Under the pieces are notes generated by a model, which ran no database searches, was not told the origin of the DNA, and saw only the letters and a list, made by a program, of their open reading frames with translations. From Octopus sinensis (lineage: Eukaryota): a stretch of DNA of 9,568 nt. Position 1 is the first letter of the stretch, and each line of letters begins with the position of its first letter. Positions 1 to 8,131 of the stretch are shown here, one piece after another. The position numbers and the translations under genes are program-made. Location of the stretch: assembly GCF_006345805.1 (NCBI RefSeq), contig NW_021827877.1, positions 1 to 9,568 on the forward strand, written 5' to 3'.

Positions 1-84
1 AAGCAGGATTTGTAAATACTAGTTAATATCTATATATTACGATGATTATTGTGACTGCTAACAACGAAGTGTTGTTTTTGTTAC

Positions 85-280
85 TCTTCTCCTCCCTCTC
101 CTGCTTGCTCCCCATCACCTCCCCTCCCGTCTCCTTTACTTCCCTCCTCTTGCAACCTCTCTCCCTCTAATCCCCCTCCTCCTCCTCCTATATTCCTTCT
201 CCTTGAACTATTTCTCCTCCTGCTTCATCAAGGCCTGTTCGCCTACCCTTCACTTTTCACATTCTCCTTATCCACCTCTC
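85..280. repeat. Degenerate polypyrimidine (CCT/CT-rich) low-complexity tract
   Basis: Predominantly C/T on the + strand with ctcctcctcc runs; no credible coding signal. Confidence 0.85.
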
Positions 281-428
281 CATCACCACCATCACCATAA
301 CCGCCACCACCACCACCACCACCACCACCACAACCGTCGTCGCCGTCGTCGTCGTCATCATCATCATCATCATCATCAACATCGTCATCATCATCATCGT
401 CGTCGTCGTCTCGTCGTCATCGTCATCG

Positions 429-459
<31 letters not shown>

Positions 460-590
460 CATCCTTAACCACTTCATTTCTCATTTTCCACGCCATCATC
501 ACCCTCCTCCTCATCTTTCTCCCCTCCTCCTCATCCTCATCTTTCTCCTCCTCATCATCATCATCTTCATTATCACCATCGTCATAAGAT
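281..590. repeat. Compound trinucleotide microsatellite (CAC)n/(CGT)n/(CAT)n/(CCT)n
   Basis: Directly visible in-register blocks caccac, cgtcgt, catcat, cctcct. Explains the His/Arg/Ile-rich ORF 203..619 and ORF 257..514. Confidence 0.95.
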
Positions 591-593
591 CTT

Positions 594-1010
594 ATTTGCT
601 GTGTGTGTTAATTCTGTGAGAGCGGACAGCATATTGTTGTCAAAGGTCTCACAGTTTCTCTTTCGACTCATTTTAACACTTGCTACTTAGGCGTTAAGTT
701 TCATGGAGCATACTCAACACCCAAGGACCAATCACAAAATCCTAGATGTCCCCAATAGAGAAATTTCTTGGGCATGCTCTGCCTTCATGCTGTGTGTTAA
801 TTATCCGGTTACCCCTACATCTGCTGGGATAACACTTACTTACCACATTGCCCACAGCCTGTCACTTTCGTCTTTTAGTAACCTATATTTTTCTACCTTT
901 TCCAGTTCTTTCTCACTCATGCATCCCTAACTATGGCAAAGTCTATGAGCTTAGTTTACATTTTCCTTTTATTTACTAAGATACCAAGGACCTTTCTTAC
1001 AATCTTTGAT
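594..1010 (-). mobile_element. Decayed, 5'-truncated 3' end of a non-LTR retrotransposon with restriction-like endonuclease (R4/Dong-like)
   Basis: Minus-strand translation with stops and a frameshift: ILVNKRKM*TKLIDFAI (IDFAI at 946-932), EKELEKVEKYRLLKDESDRLWAM (from 914), VIPADVG, AEHAQEISLLGTSRIL*LVLGC* (stop at 716-714). These match the recalled RLE C-terminal pattern IIDxAxP..EKxEKY.xLK.E..RLW..V.P.V.G..G..LLGT.RIL. About 120 nt of 3' UTR follows before the trinucleotide array. Confidence 0.8.
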
Positions 1011-1014
1011 CTTT

Positions 1015-1090
1015 CCTTATGGTCTAAGCTCAAATTCCGTCGCGGAGCTTGCGTTTCATCCTTCAAGGGTAATGAACCAAAGTACCAGAA
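1015..1090 (+). mobile_element. Old degenerate fragment of tRNA-derived SINE type A
   Basis: gctcaaattccgtcgcggagcttgcgtttcatccttcaagggtaatgaaccaaagtacca aligns with the reverse complement of 1692-1755 (gttcaaattccgcc...tttcatcctttaggtgtcgattaattaagtacca). Confidence 0.7.
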
Positions 1091-1518
1091 ACAATTAGCA
1101 ATGATGCCTTAAGTAGACTGAGTTGTCTATTGAACTGAATGAATCCTGCGGAGAATATGCTCTTTTGTAGCTCTCAGTTCAGAAAGGTATGGAAGCCCTT
1201 AAATATATTCCTTTCAAATCGTCGGACGCTGACGAATGTTTGCAGTATAACAAGCTCTGCTAAAGATAACGAAAAGACACGTTGTGGTTTCAAAACGAGT
1301 AAGTTATCATCGCGCCTACAAGAGAAAAATGTTAATCTCAGATAAAATGTAATTCAATTCAATCCCTAGTTCCGTGCACAGAGCTAAAACCTGGTGCAAA
1401 TATAAAACGCATCAAAAATTGTAAGAAAATATATTTTGGTAGGAGAAAATAATTATTGAGTGGGAATTAACATGCGAAACATATTCAAGTAATTAAAAAA
1501 GAATCTTATTTCGGCGAA

Positions 1519-1616
1519 GTACTTAATTTATCGACCCCGAAAGGATGACAGGCAAGGTCGACTTCGGCGAAATTTGAACTCAGAACGTAAAGGCAGACAA
1601 AATACGGCTACGCATT
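1519..1616 (-). mobile_element. Internal fragment of SINE type A, directly joined to a full copy
   Basis: gtacttaatttatcgaccccgaaaggatgacaggcaaggtcgacttcggcgaaatttgaactcagaacgta...gcattt is collinear with 1694-1792. Confidence 0.9.
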
Positions 1617-1829
1617 TCTTTTCTACTCTAGGTACAAGGCCCGAAATTTTGGGAGTGGGACCAGTCGATTAGATCGATCCCAGTACGCAATTGGTACTTA
1701 ATTAATCGACACCTAAAGGATGAAAGTCAAAGTCGACATAGGCGGAATTTGAACACAGAACGTAGCAGGAAGCGAAATACTGATAAGCATTTCGTCCGGC
1801 GTGCTAATGTTTCTGCCAGCTCGCCACCT
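1617..1829 (-). mobile_element. Near full-length tRNA-derived SINE type A (octopus-type)
   Basis: Minus strand starts ggtggcgagctggcagaaacattagc (A-box-like TGGC), has B-box-like gtgttcaaattcc (1756-1744) and ends ccttgtacctagagtagaaaag. Three homologous copies occur in the window. Confidence 0.85.
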
Positions 1830-1979
1830 TATAGGAAAAAAGTAATAAAACACAACAACCGAAGCCCTCATGTGACGTCGAAAATGGAGAAGACAACAAA
1901 AGAAAAGGAAATGTGTTCGAAGGCATGAAAGGATAAATTTATTCAAACTCATTTGTGACCAATAAATTCAAAATTTCAG

Positions 1980-2065
1980 GATAAACCCAATGTCTTACCC
2001 CAAACAATAGAAAAATGTATTAAGAATAACGCACTCATCTTTAATACCAGCGTTGCCGACGCAAG
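1980..2065 (+). CDS. Candidate internal coding exon (phase 0 to 2), DKPNVLPQTIEKCIKNNALIFNTSVADA(R); protein not recognised
   Basis: Acceptor aaatttcag|g and donor aag|gtaaaa. Only one frame is open, and there is an in-frame stop just upstream at 1956-1958. Confidence 0.65.
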
Positions 2066-2146
2066 GTAAAATTAATCGCTTACTAAAAACTACAGAATCG
2101 GATTACCCTCGAATCTATTAATATGAAATTGCTTTCTACCTTGTAG

Positions 2147-2281
2147 AAGACTTAACGTTAAGGGATTTTTCCAACAGAATATTTGTAGAATGAGAAAATA
2201 CGGATTCTTACAGAATATAGGATGGGACTTTCAGCAGGTCTACAATGCAAGTCGCAGTTCCAATACCATTCAGACTTTTAG
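2147..2281 (+). CDS. Candidate internal coding exon (phase 2 to 2), RLNVKGFFQQNICRMRKYGFLQNIGWDFQQVYNASRSSNTIQTF
   Basis: Acceptor tgctttctaccttgtag|a and donor tag|gtaaca. An 81-nt intron (2066-2146) joins it in frame with 1980-2065, and 44 codons are open. Confidence 0.65.
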
Positions 2282-2580
2282 GTAACAATGCATCACAGGA
2301 ACGTCTATTACATTTATATTCCACAATCTCATCTTGCCTCTGGCTAGAACCGGACATATCTCAATTTTCTTACTTTCTACCATCTCCACTTTATTATCTT
2401 ATATGGCATTTTAATTGCCTTATAAAATTACTGTTTTGTAGTTGCCCTCTTCTAACATACCATATATCCTCTCTTCAATAGTATGATTAGTTTTTTTATG
2501 GAGAACTCCTATACACCCCTATAATTATTTTTTACGAATTAGTTGCTAATTTGCAGTTAAGATGAAGTATATAAAAATAT

Positions 2581-2782
2581 TATTTAACAACATAATGTGG
2601 CTGTCCTGGAAGGGACGATGTTACTGCTGTTTAGCTGGCTATATGACACAATACCTGTGCCCTTATATTTTTGGACAGGGAGTTCAGCACTCCCACCTAG
2701 CCAGCTAGAAACGATGTTTCTTGGGATTAAAACAACTGTGACAATTTCCCCTTCCAAGACAGCCATATTATGTTGGCAAATA
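2581..2782. mobile_element. Inverted-repeat (foldback/MITE-like) element E1
   Basis: Left tatttaacaacataatgtggctgtcctggaaggg vs reverse complement of right end tatttgccaacataatatggctgtcttggaaggg (30/34). Further inverted match tagctggcta (2632-2641) / tagccagcta (2698-2707). Confidence 0.8.
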
Positions 2783-2942
2783 GCCTTTACTTTAAAGAAC
2801 TGTTACTGAATGTCTCTCTTTTGAGAGATTTAGAAATGATATTTCTATTTTTAGATCCGTTACTGTATGTCACCTTGAAAACTATACGAAGTATATATAT
2901 ATATTTTACATTTAACTTCAAAGTATTTCCGGGGAGTGAATT

Positions 2943-3253
2943 TTTGCTGTTGTTTGTTCCTTCTCGAGCCACGCCTGGCTTATAAGGGCCGGTTTCACGG
3001 TTTCCTTAGCGTATAGGTTCCCCACCTGGATGAGACGCCGGTCCGTCGCAGGTGAGCTGCAAGATGCAGGAGGAAAGAGTGAGAGAAAGTTGTGGCGAAA
3101 GAGTCAGCAGAGATTCACCACTGCCTTCTGCCGGAGCTGCATGGAGCTTAGGAGTTTCGCTCATAAACACACATATCGCCCGGTCTGAGATTCGAACCCG
3201 TGAGCCCTCGACCGCGACTCCGCTGCTTTAACCACTAGGCCATGTACCTCCAC
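2943..3253 (-). mobile_element. Full-length tRNA-derived SINE type B with target-site duplication
   Basis: Minus strand: gtggaggtacatggcctagtggtt (A box), ggttcgaatc (B box), A-rich tail aacaaacaacagcaaa. TSD ggggagtgaatt (2931-2942) / ggggaatgaatt (3254-3265), 11/12 identical. Confidence 0.9.
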
Positions 3254-3597
3254 GGGGAATGAATTAAGAGTTCGTTATTATTGCTTATAAGGAATTTTAA
3301 CGTTAGTTTCTCGTGTTAAAGTATACCCTGCGGAGAAAAAGACACTTTGATATTTAGTATTCTGGTTGTTCTGTTTTAAGTGAGATACGCATTAACTGGT
3401 TAAGTAACAACGAAGACTTTCATGATTCTCATTATGGCATTAATGTGTCCAATTAAGCAGATTAATTTTTAAGCATTATAAGACACATAATATATAACCA
3501 TGTAAGGAAGTTTCCTGTCGAGATATGCATAACTAAGGAGTTCCATACATGATGCGAATATTGGACATACGCATGTATCCTTCTTCATACACACATA

Positions 3598-3700
3598 TAT
3601 GTATAGATAGGTAGATAGATAGGTAGGTAGAGATATAGATAGAGTGATAGAAAGAGAGACATATAGATAGATAAATAAAATGATATAGAGAGAAAGGGTG
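3598..3700. repeat. Degenerate (TAGA)n/(GA)n tract
   Basis: tagatagataggtaggtagagatatagatagag visible directly. Confidence 0.8.
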
Positions 3701-3907
3701 AGATATCACTATACGACTAAGATTTCCTGGTTTTAAGGTTATCTCGAAAGGCCTGGCTAGAGGCCCTGCTTTCCGAGAAAAACAGAAGGGTTGCTGCAAT
3801 AAGTGTGTGAAGCTGAGAATGAAATTTGTTCAATAAAATCATGATTAACGCATCCTCCTGTATTTTCTTTTACCCAAAGCCAGGAACATTTCAGTACCAC
3901 ATCGTCG

Positions 3908-4269
3908 TGGCACTCCGTCGATTGCGACGACGATGGTTCCAGTTGATCTGATCAACGGAACGGCCTGCTCGTGAAATTAACGTGCAAGTGGCTGAGCACT
4001 CCACAGACACGTGTACCTTCATGTAGTTCTTGGAGAGATTCAGCGTGATACAGAGTGTGACAAGGCTGGCCCTTTGAAATACAGGTACAACAGAAACAGG
4101 AAGAATGAGAGAAAGTTGTGTGCAGCACGGTTCGCACCCGCCCCCGCCGGAGCCTCATGGAACATTAGGTGATTTCGCTCAATAAACACACACACCGGCC
4201 GGGGAATCGAAACCGCGAACCTACGACAGCGAGTCTGCCGCCTTATCTACTGGGCTATTGCGCATCCAC
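3908..4269 (-). mobile_element. Full-length tRNA-derived SINE type C (same head as type B, different 3' half)
   Basis: Minus strand starts gtggatgcgcaatagcccagtaga (A-box-like) and has gtttcgattcc (B-box-like). 4097-4269 aligns with 3067-3253, whereas 3908-4096 is unrelated to the type B 3' half. No convincing TSD. Confidence 0.85.
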
Positions 4270-4274
4270 TATGT

Positions 4275-4447
<173 letters not shown>

Positions 4448-4471
4448 GTTTGTTTTTGTTTGTATTAACAG

Positions 4472-4505
4472 GCGAAAAGGGCCTTCAGACCGATGTAGGA
4501 GATAA
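4472..4505 (+). CDS. Possible terminal coding exon (phase 2: [11 protein letters not shown])
   Basis: Strong acceptor tttgtttttgtttgtattaacag|g, phase-compatible with 2147-2281. However, all three frames stop quickly and no nearby AATAAA was seen. Confidence 0.25.
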
Positions 4506-4744
4506 GCCACTGAAAAGCTTTTGAACTCAAAAGAATTTTGACGACCACTCCACCACACACACACAAAGAAACATAAAATACCTAAAAAAAACAAAACAAA
4601 AAATATCATTGGCTGTCTAAGAAACACGTTAGCGATCGATTATTTAGTTGAATAGTTAATTAATTCACTGACGAATAAGGAAGACATGGAATTGAACCCG
4701 TGCATGTGTTATTAACATTGACGTAATGATTCACCTATAAAACA

Positions 4745-4851
4745 ATACATACATACATACATACATACATACATACATACATACATACATACATGCATAC
4801 ATACATACATTTATATATATATATGTATATATGTATAAACATATATATATA
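4745..4851. repeat. (ATAC)n then (AT)n microsatellite
   Basis: Direct. Confidence 0.95.
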
Positions 4852-4853
4852 TC

Positions 4854-5152
4854 GTGAAGTATATTTGCCACTTAAATGTGGCTAACCCTTAAGGGTGGAT
4901 GCTACTGTAGCAAAGGAATACCTACTTTTCATTGAAAATCGGTGATTGTCACACGCTGATGAGGGGTCAATGCCCAGAAATTCGAGTATCATACATGTTG
5001 GAGATGGGAATGATGGCTTGCCTTTGCAAATACTGATAGGGCACAGAAAGTGTGTCAATAGCCAGTTGGAGGAGGTGTCCTCCTGGGGTTACAAGCTACA
5101 GTAGCATCCACCCTTAAGGGTTAGCCACATTTAAATGACAAATATATTTCAC
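4854..5152. mobile_element. Inverted-repeat element E2 with 58-bp terminal inverted repeats, homologous to E1
   Basis: 4854-4911 vs reverse complement of 5095-5152: 55/58 identical. Each arm contains the palindrome acccttaagggt. No TSD seen. Confidence 0.9.
4956..4988 (+). ncRNA. Degenerate hammerhead-ribozyme-like core inside E2
   Basis: CTGATGA-G-GGG-tcaatg-CCC-A-GAAA-T-TCGA-GTA. Core boxes, stem II, short stem III with palindromic loop and GUA triplet are present. The 10.1-11.1 pair is a G/A mismatch and no convincing stem I was found. Confidence 0.35.
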
Positions 5153-5187
5153 AATGTCGTGCAACTAGTGATTATACCTCGCTCAGA

Positions 5188-5189
5188 TA

Positions 5190-5288
<99 letters not shown>

Positions 5289-5353
5289 CATATATACATA
5301 TATACATATATACATATATACATATATATACATATATATATATACATATATAC

Positions 5354-5403
<50 letters not shown>

Positions 5404-5494
5404 ACAAATATATGCATATATATATTTACCTACTTACGTATGTGTATATGTATACGTATATAATATATACACGTCTGTGTATACACACACAGAC

Positions 5495-5582
<88 letters not shown>
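5188..5582. repeat. Compound (AT)n/(ATAC)n/(GT)n microsatellite
   Basis: Direct. Confidence 0.97.
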
Positions 5583-5586
<4 letters not shown>

Positions 5587-6025
5587 GTATAAATAAGTAA
5601 CAAAGATATTCAGGTGCCAATCCATTATGACAGAAACTCTTTAATATTCATGAAATTGCAATACAGAATATGAATTTCACACTGTGTAGGTGTCTAGACC
5701 GGAACACATATCTACAAAATTGAGTAACAAAATCTTAACCACACAATATTCTTTTTCTCAATTTCGATATCAGATTTGATATCGTGATAATATACTATGT
5801 AGATTCGTGAAATAAAAATGTCAGTCACATTTTTGGAAGAAGTTCGTCACTTACAAAGTATTGCTTTCTTTAATGTCACTGGAATCAACTGGAATTCTTT
5901 GTTTTATTATTCTTTATTATTCCATCTCATTAAAACCAGACAAAGACTGGAATCATTTCCGAATAGCTTTATTTATTTTCCATGTTAATATTTTTATATA
6001 TATTTCTTTTTTCAAATTCCTACAG

Positions 6026-6063
6026 TCTTCATAACTACCGAAATATAGTTTTGTTATTATTAT
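6026..6063 (+). CDS. Candidate small exon (phase 2 to 1), (S)LHNYRNIVLLLL
   Basis: Acceptor tttcttttttcaaattcctacag|t and donor tat|gtaagt. The only open frame is phase-compatible with 2147-2281. Confidence 0.35.
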
Positions 6064-6116
6064 GTAAGTCACGTATCCAAAAGATTCTCTTGTTTAATGT
6101 TCCTGTATAATCACAG

Positions 6117-6358
6117 ATTTCCTTCACCTATTCCAACGGAATTTTATTGTTATATACACTTTTTCCGTGTTTACAACTTGGAGATATTACTTTGAAGTTG
6201 GCCGAACTGGTGTAATAAATAAGAATGTGCGTATGTGCATATTGGAGGCACCGAACTGTGGGATAACATGCTTTTACACACTCTCTGAATACGTCGATTC
6301 TATTGAGTGGCGAATGAATAACAAGACGCTTCAGGTTCTCTTAAACATTCACCTTTGA
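6117..6358 (+). CDS. Non-repetitive open frame, possible exon (FLHLFQRNF...CILEAPNCGITCFYTLSEYVDSIEWRMNNKTLQVLLNIHL*)
   Basis: About 80 open codons in AT-rich unique DNA after aatcacag|. Phase 1 fits 6026-6063, but the implied intron is only 53 nt. Protein not recognised. Confidence 0.25.
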
Positions 6359-6426
6359 TCTTAACTTTTAACACACCTCGTTAGGTTAACGTTTGCACGA
6401 CCAAATAAGCAGCAGCCAAGTGGCTT

Positions 6427-6431
6427 ATATA

Positions 6432-6479
<48 letters not shown>

Positions 6480-6524
6480 TATACATATATATATATACAT
6501 ATATATATATATACATATATATAT

Positions 6525-6558
<34 letters not shown>

Positions 6559-6796
6559 TTATGTATATATGTATATGTATGTATGTATATATGAATATAC
6601 GTGCACACGTGTGTGTATGTGTGTATGTTTAAGAAAGTATATACACAAAGTAAGAAGCTAGATAGGTACATATGCATAAAGATATGTATATGTATATATA
6701 TATGTGCGTGTATGTACGCGCACGTGTTGCATATATACATATAGGTGTATGTATATATCGATATGTATACACACACATATATGTATGTATATATAT

Positions 6797-6830
<34 letters not shown>

Positions 6831-6850
6831 ATATATACGTGCGTGTGTGT
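6427..6850. repeat. Compound (AT)n/(ATAC)n/(GTAT)n microsatellite
   Basis: Direct. Confidence 0.95.
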
Positions 6851-7149
6851 TTGAGTACCCATGAATGCTTGTATGCATGAATGCAGCCATATGTCTGGAA
6901 TATTTTTCGAATTCTTACCTGAATAAATAACTTACAGACGATAAGACACTAGACGTATGATGAATTCATGGGCCTATTCAGGAAACTGAAATTATCCGCG
7001 ACTGCATCACAGTATATTCATTTACATAAACTCACCATTAAAGAGTAATTTCTAAATAAATATGATGAAAAATTCTACAGAACAATGCCTTCATTGAGAA
7101 TATAATATACGTATCATAAGTAAATAACATGAAAATAGAGTCCCACCAG

Positions 7150-7282
7150 AACAATGCCAGATCAGTATTCGTTCACTGTGTCAATGGCGACAGCATTATG
7201 TTCAGGTGATTCGGAGGTAATAGTGCAGAAGTATGACTATGCGTCTAAGAGCTTCGATTACACATCGAGTCACATTGGGCAG
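7150..7282 (+). CDS. Candidate coding exon, TMPDQYSFTVSMATALCSGDSEVIVQKYDYASKSFDYTSSHIGQ
   Basis: Open frame between caccag|a and the donor cag|gtatat, with stops flanking both sides. Alternative donors at 7206 and 7217 and other frames cannot be excluded. Confidence 0.4.
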
Positions 7283-7364
7283 GTATATTTACTATAGCTT
7301 TGATTTTTATATTGATATATGGCTGGTATTTGGTGGGGAGGTACTGCATAGCATCATACATGAA

Positions 7365-7391
7365 TGTGTTTTTGTGTATGTGTGTGAGTGC

Positions 7392-7460
<69 letters not shown>

Positions 7461-7470
7461 CGTGTATGTC
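7365..7470. repeat. (GT)n microsatellite
   Basis: Direct. Confidence 0.97.
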
Positions 7471-7616
7471 TCTTCTAAATTTTAATTATAATATGTCTTC
7501 CACTGGGGAGGGAGCCGGTTTCCAACAAAGATACAAGGCTTCACATTTGGAACTTGAGAAAAGTCTTACATATTTCTACTGTCCCACTCACAGACTGCAT
7601 GTACGAATTAACCGGT

Positions 7617-7762
7617 ACATATGTATGTATGTATGTAGATATGTATGTAGGTAGGTAGGTATGTAGGTAGGTAGGTAGGTAGGTAGGTAGGTAGGTAGGT
7701 AGGTAGGTAGGTAGGTAGGTAGGTAGTAGGTAGGTAGGTAGGTAGGTAGGTAGGTATGTAGG
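7617..7762. repeat. (ATGT)n grading into (AGGT)n tetranucleotide array
   Basis: Direct; source of the LPTY ORF. Confidence 0.97.
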
Positions 7763-8045
7763 TACTGTCAGGTCGCTCTTGGGTGCTACTAGTAACATGT
7801 AGTCCAGTACAACCTGTTGTACGATCGGGTCATCGGTGACTAACCTGGCAACCACATCAAACCTGCTTGGTGACGAGGTTGAAAACTTAGACCTTTGAAA
7901 GGGCAGAAGAGTTCAAGAGCAGTCAACGGCCATCCATCATTAAGTGTGTATGTGTATGTATGCATGTGGTATGCACCGCGACGTGGAAATACCTGGATCG
8001 GTGTCCAGGAGTGCGGTTGTCCCACTGGGAGTTGGAGGCCCCTGT
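7763..8045 (+). mobile_element. GC-richer putative retroelement 5' segment headed by the HDV-like ribozyme
   Basis: Abrupt composition change after the (AGGT)n array, and HDV-like ribozymes are known at the 5' ends of non-LTR elements. No recognisable ORF; the right boundary is approximate. Confidence 0.4.
7771..7848 (+). ncRNA. HDV-like self-cleaving ribozyme fold (possibly mutated)
   Basis: P1 GGUCG 7771-7775/CGAUC 7822-7826; P2 CCAG 7804-7807/CUGG 7845-7848; P3 ACA 7809-7811/UGU 7818-7820; L3 ACCUGU; P1.1 CC 7813-7814/GG 7827-7828; P4 UCA 7830-7832/UGA 7837-7839; J4/2 CUAA 7840-7843; J1/2 hairpin GCUAC 7785-7789/GUAGU 7799-7803. All helices are in the correct nested order. Confidence 0.65.
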
Positions 8046-8131
8046 GTTCTTTTCACCATATCTCTCTAGGAGAGAAAACCTGCGACATGTAGACTAGTTC
8101 TTCTTTCTGATTTTATGTTGTACATATTCAG

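Noticed and set aside
203-619. His/Arg/Ile-rich ORF and antisense Asp/Met/Val ORF
   Set aside because: Translations of the trinucleotide microsatellite.
703-930. 75-aa + strand ORF
   Set aside because: Antisense to the decayed LINE ORF; no independent support.
981-1068. Apparent + strand exon (ctaag|...agg|gtaatg) with open frames
   Set aside because: Made entirely of LINE antisense and SINE fragment sequence.
1171-1298. Longer exon using the strong donor ga|gtaagt at 1299
   Set aside because: Its only open frame exits in phase 1, which would hit a stop in exon 1980.
2584-2809. Opposing ORFs both starting MAVLEG
   Set aside because: Artefact of the E1 inverted repeats.
3715-3837. Open frame ending GCCNKCVKLRMKFVQ* and an imperfect hairpin
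   Set aside because: No polypyrimidine acceptor; the hairpin is bulged and short.
4882-5124. piggyBac-like CTAA-CCCT...AGGG-TTAG
   Set aside because: The tetramers are inverted rather than a direct TSD, and the inverted repeat continues about 28 nt beyond them.
5765-5784. 8-bp hairpin cgatatca/tgatatcg, plus palindromes at 2151-2162 and 8810-8823
   Set aside because: Isolated short palindromes are plausible by chance in AT-rich DNA, with no supporting context.
6912-7036. Three consensus-like minus-strand donors, and a + strand frame TYDEFMGLFRKLKL (6953-7044)
   Set aside because: No coherent minus-strand exon chain. The + candidate is phase-compatible with 7150 but its acceptor lacks a pyrimidine tract.
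7150-7205. Alternative frame SVFVHCVNGDSI resembling the phosphatase HCxxGxxR motif
   Set aside because: The essential Arg is missing, all three frames are open over this short span, and there is no other domain support.
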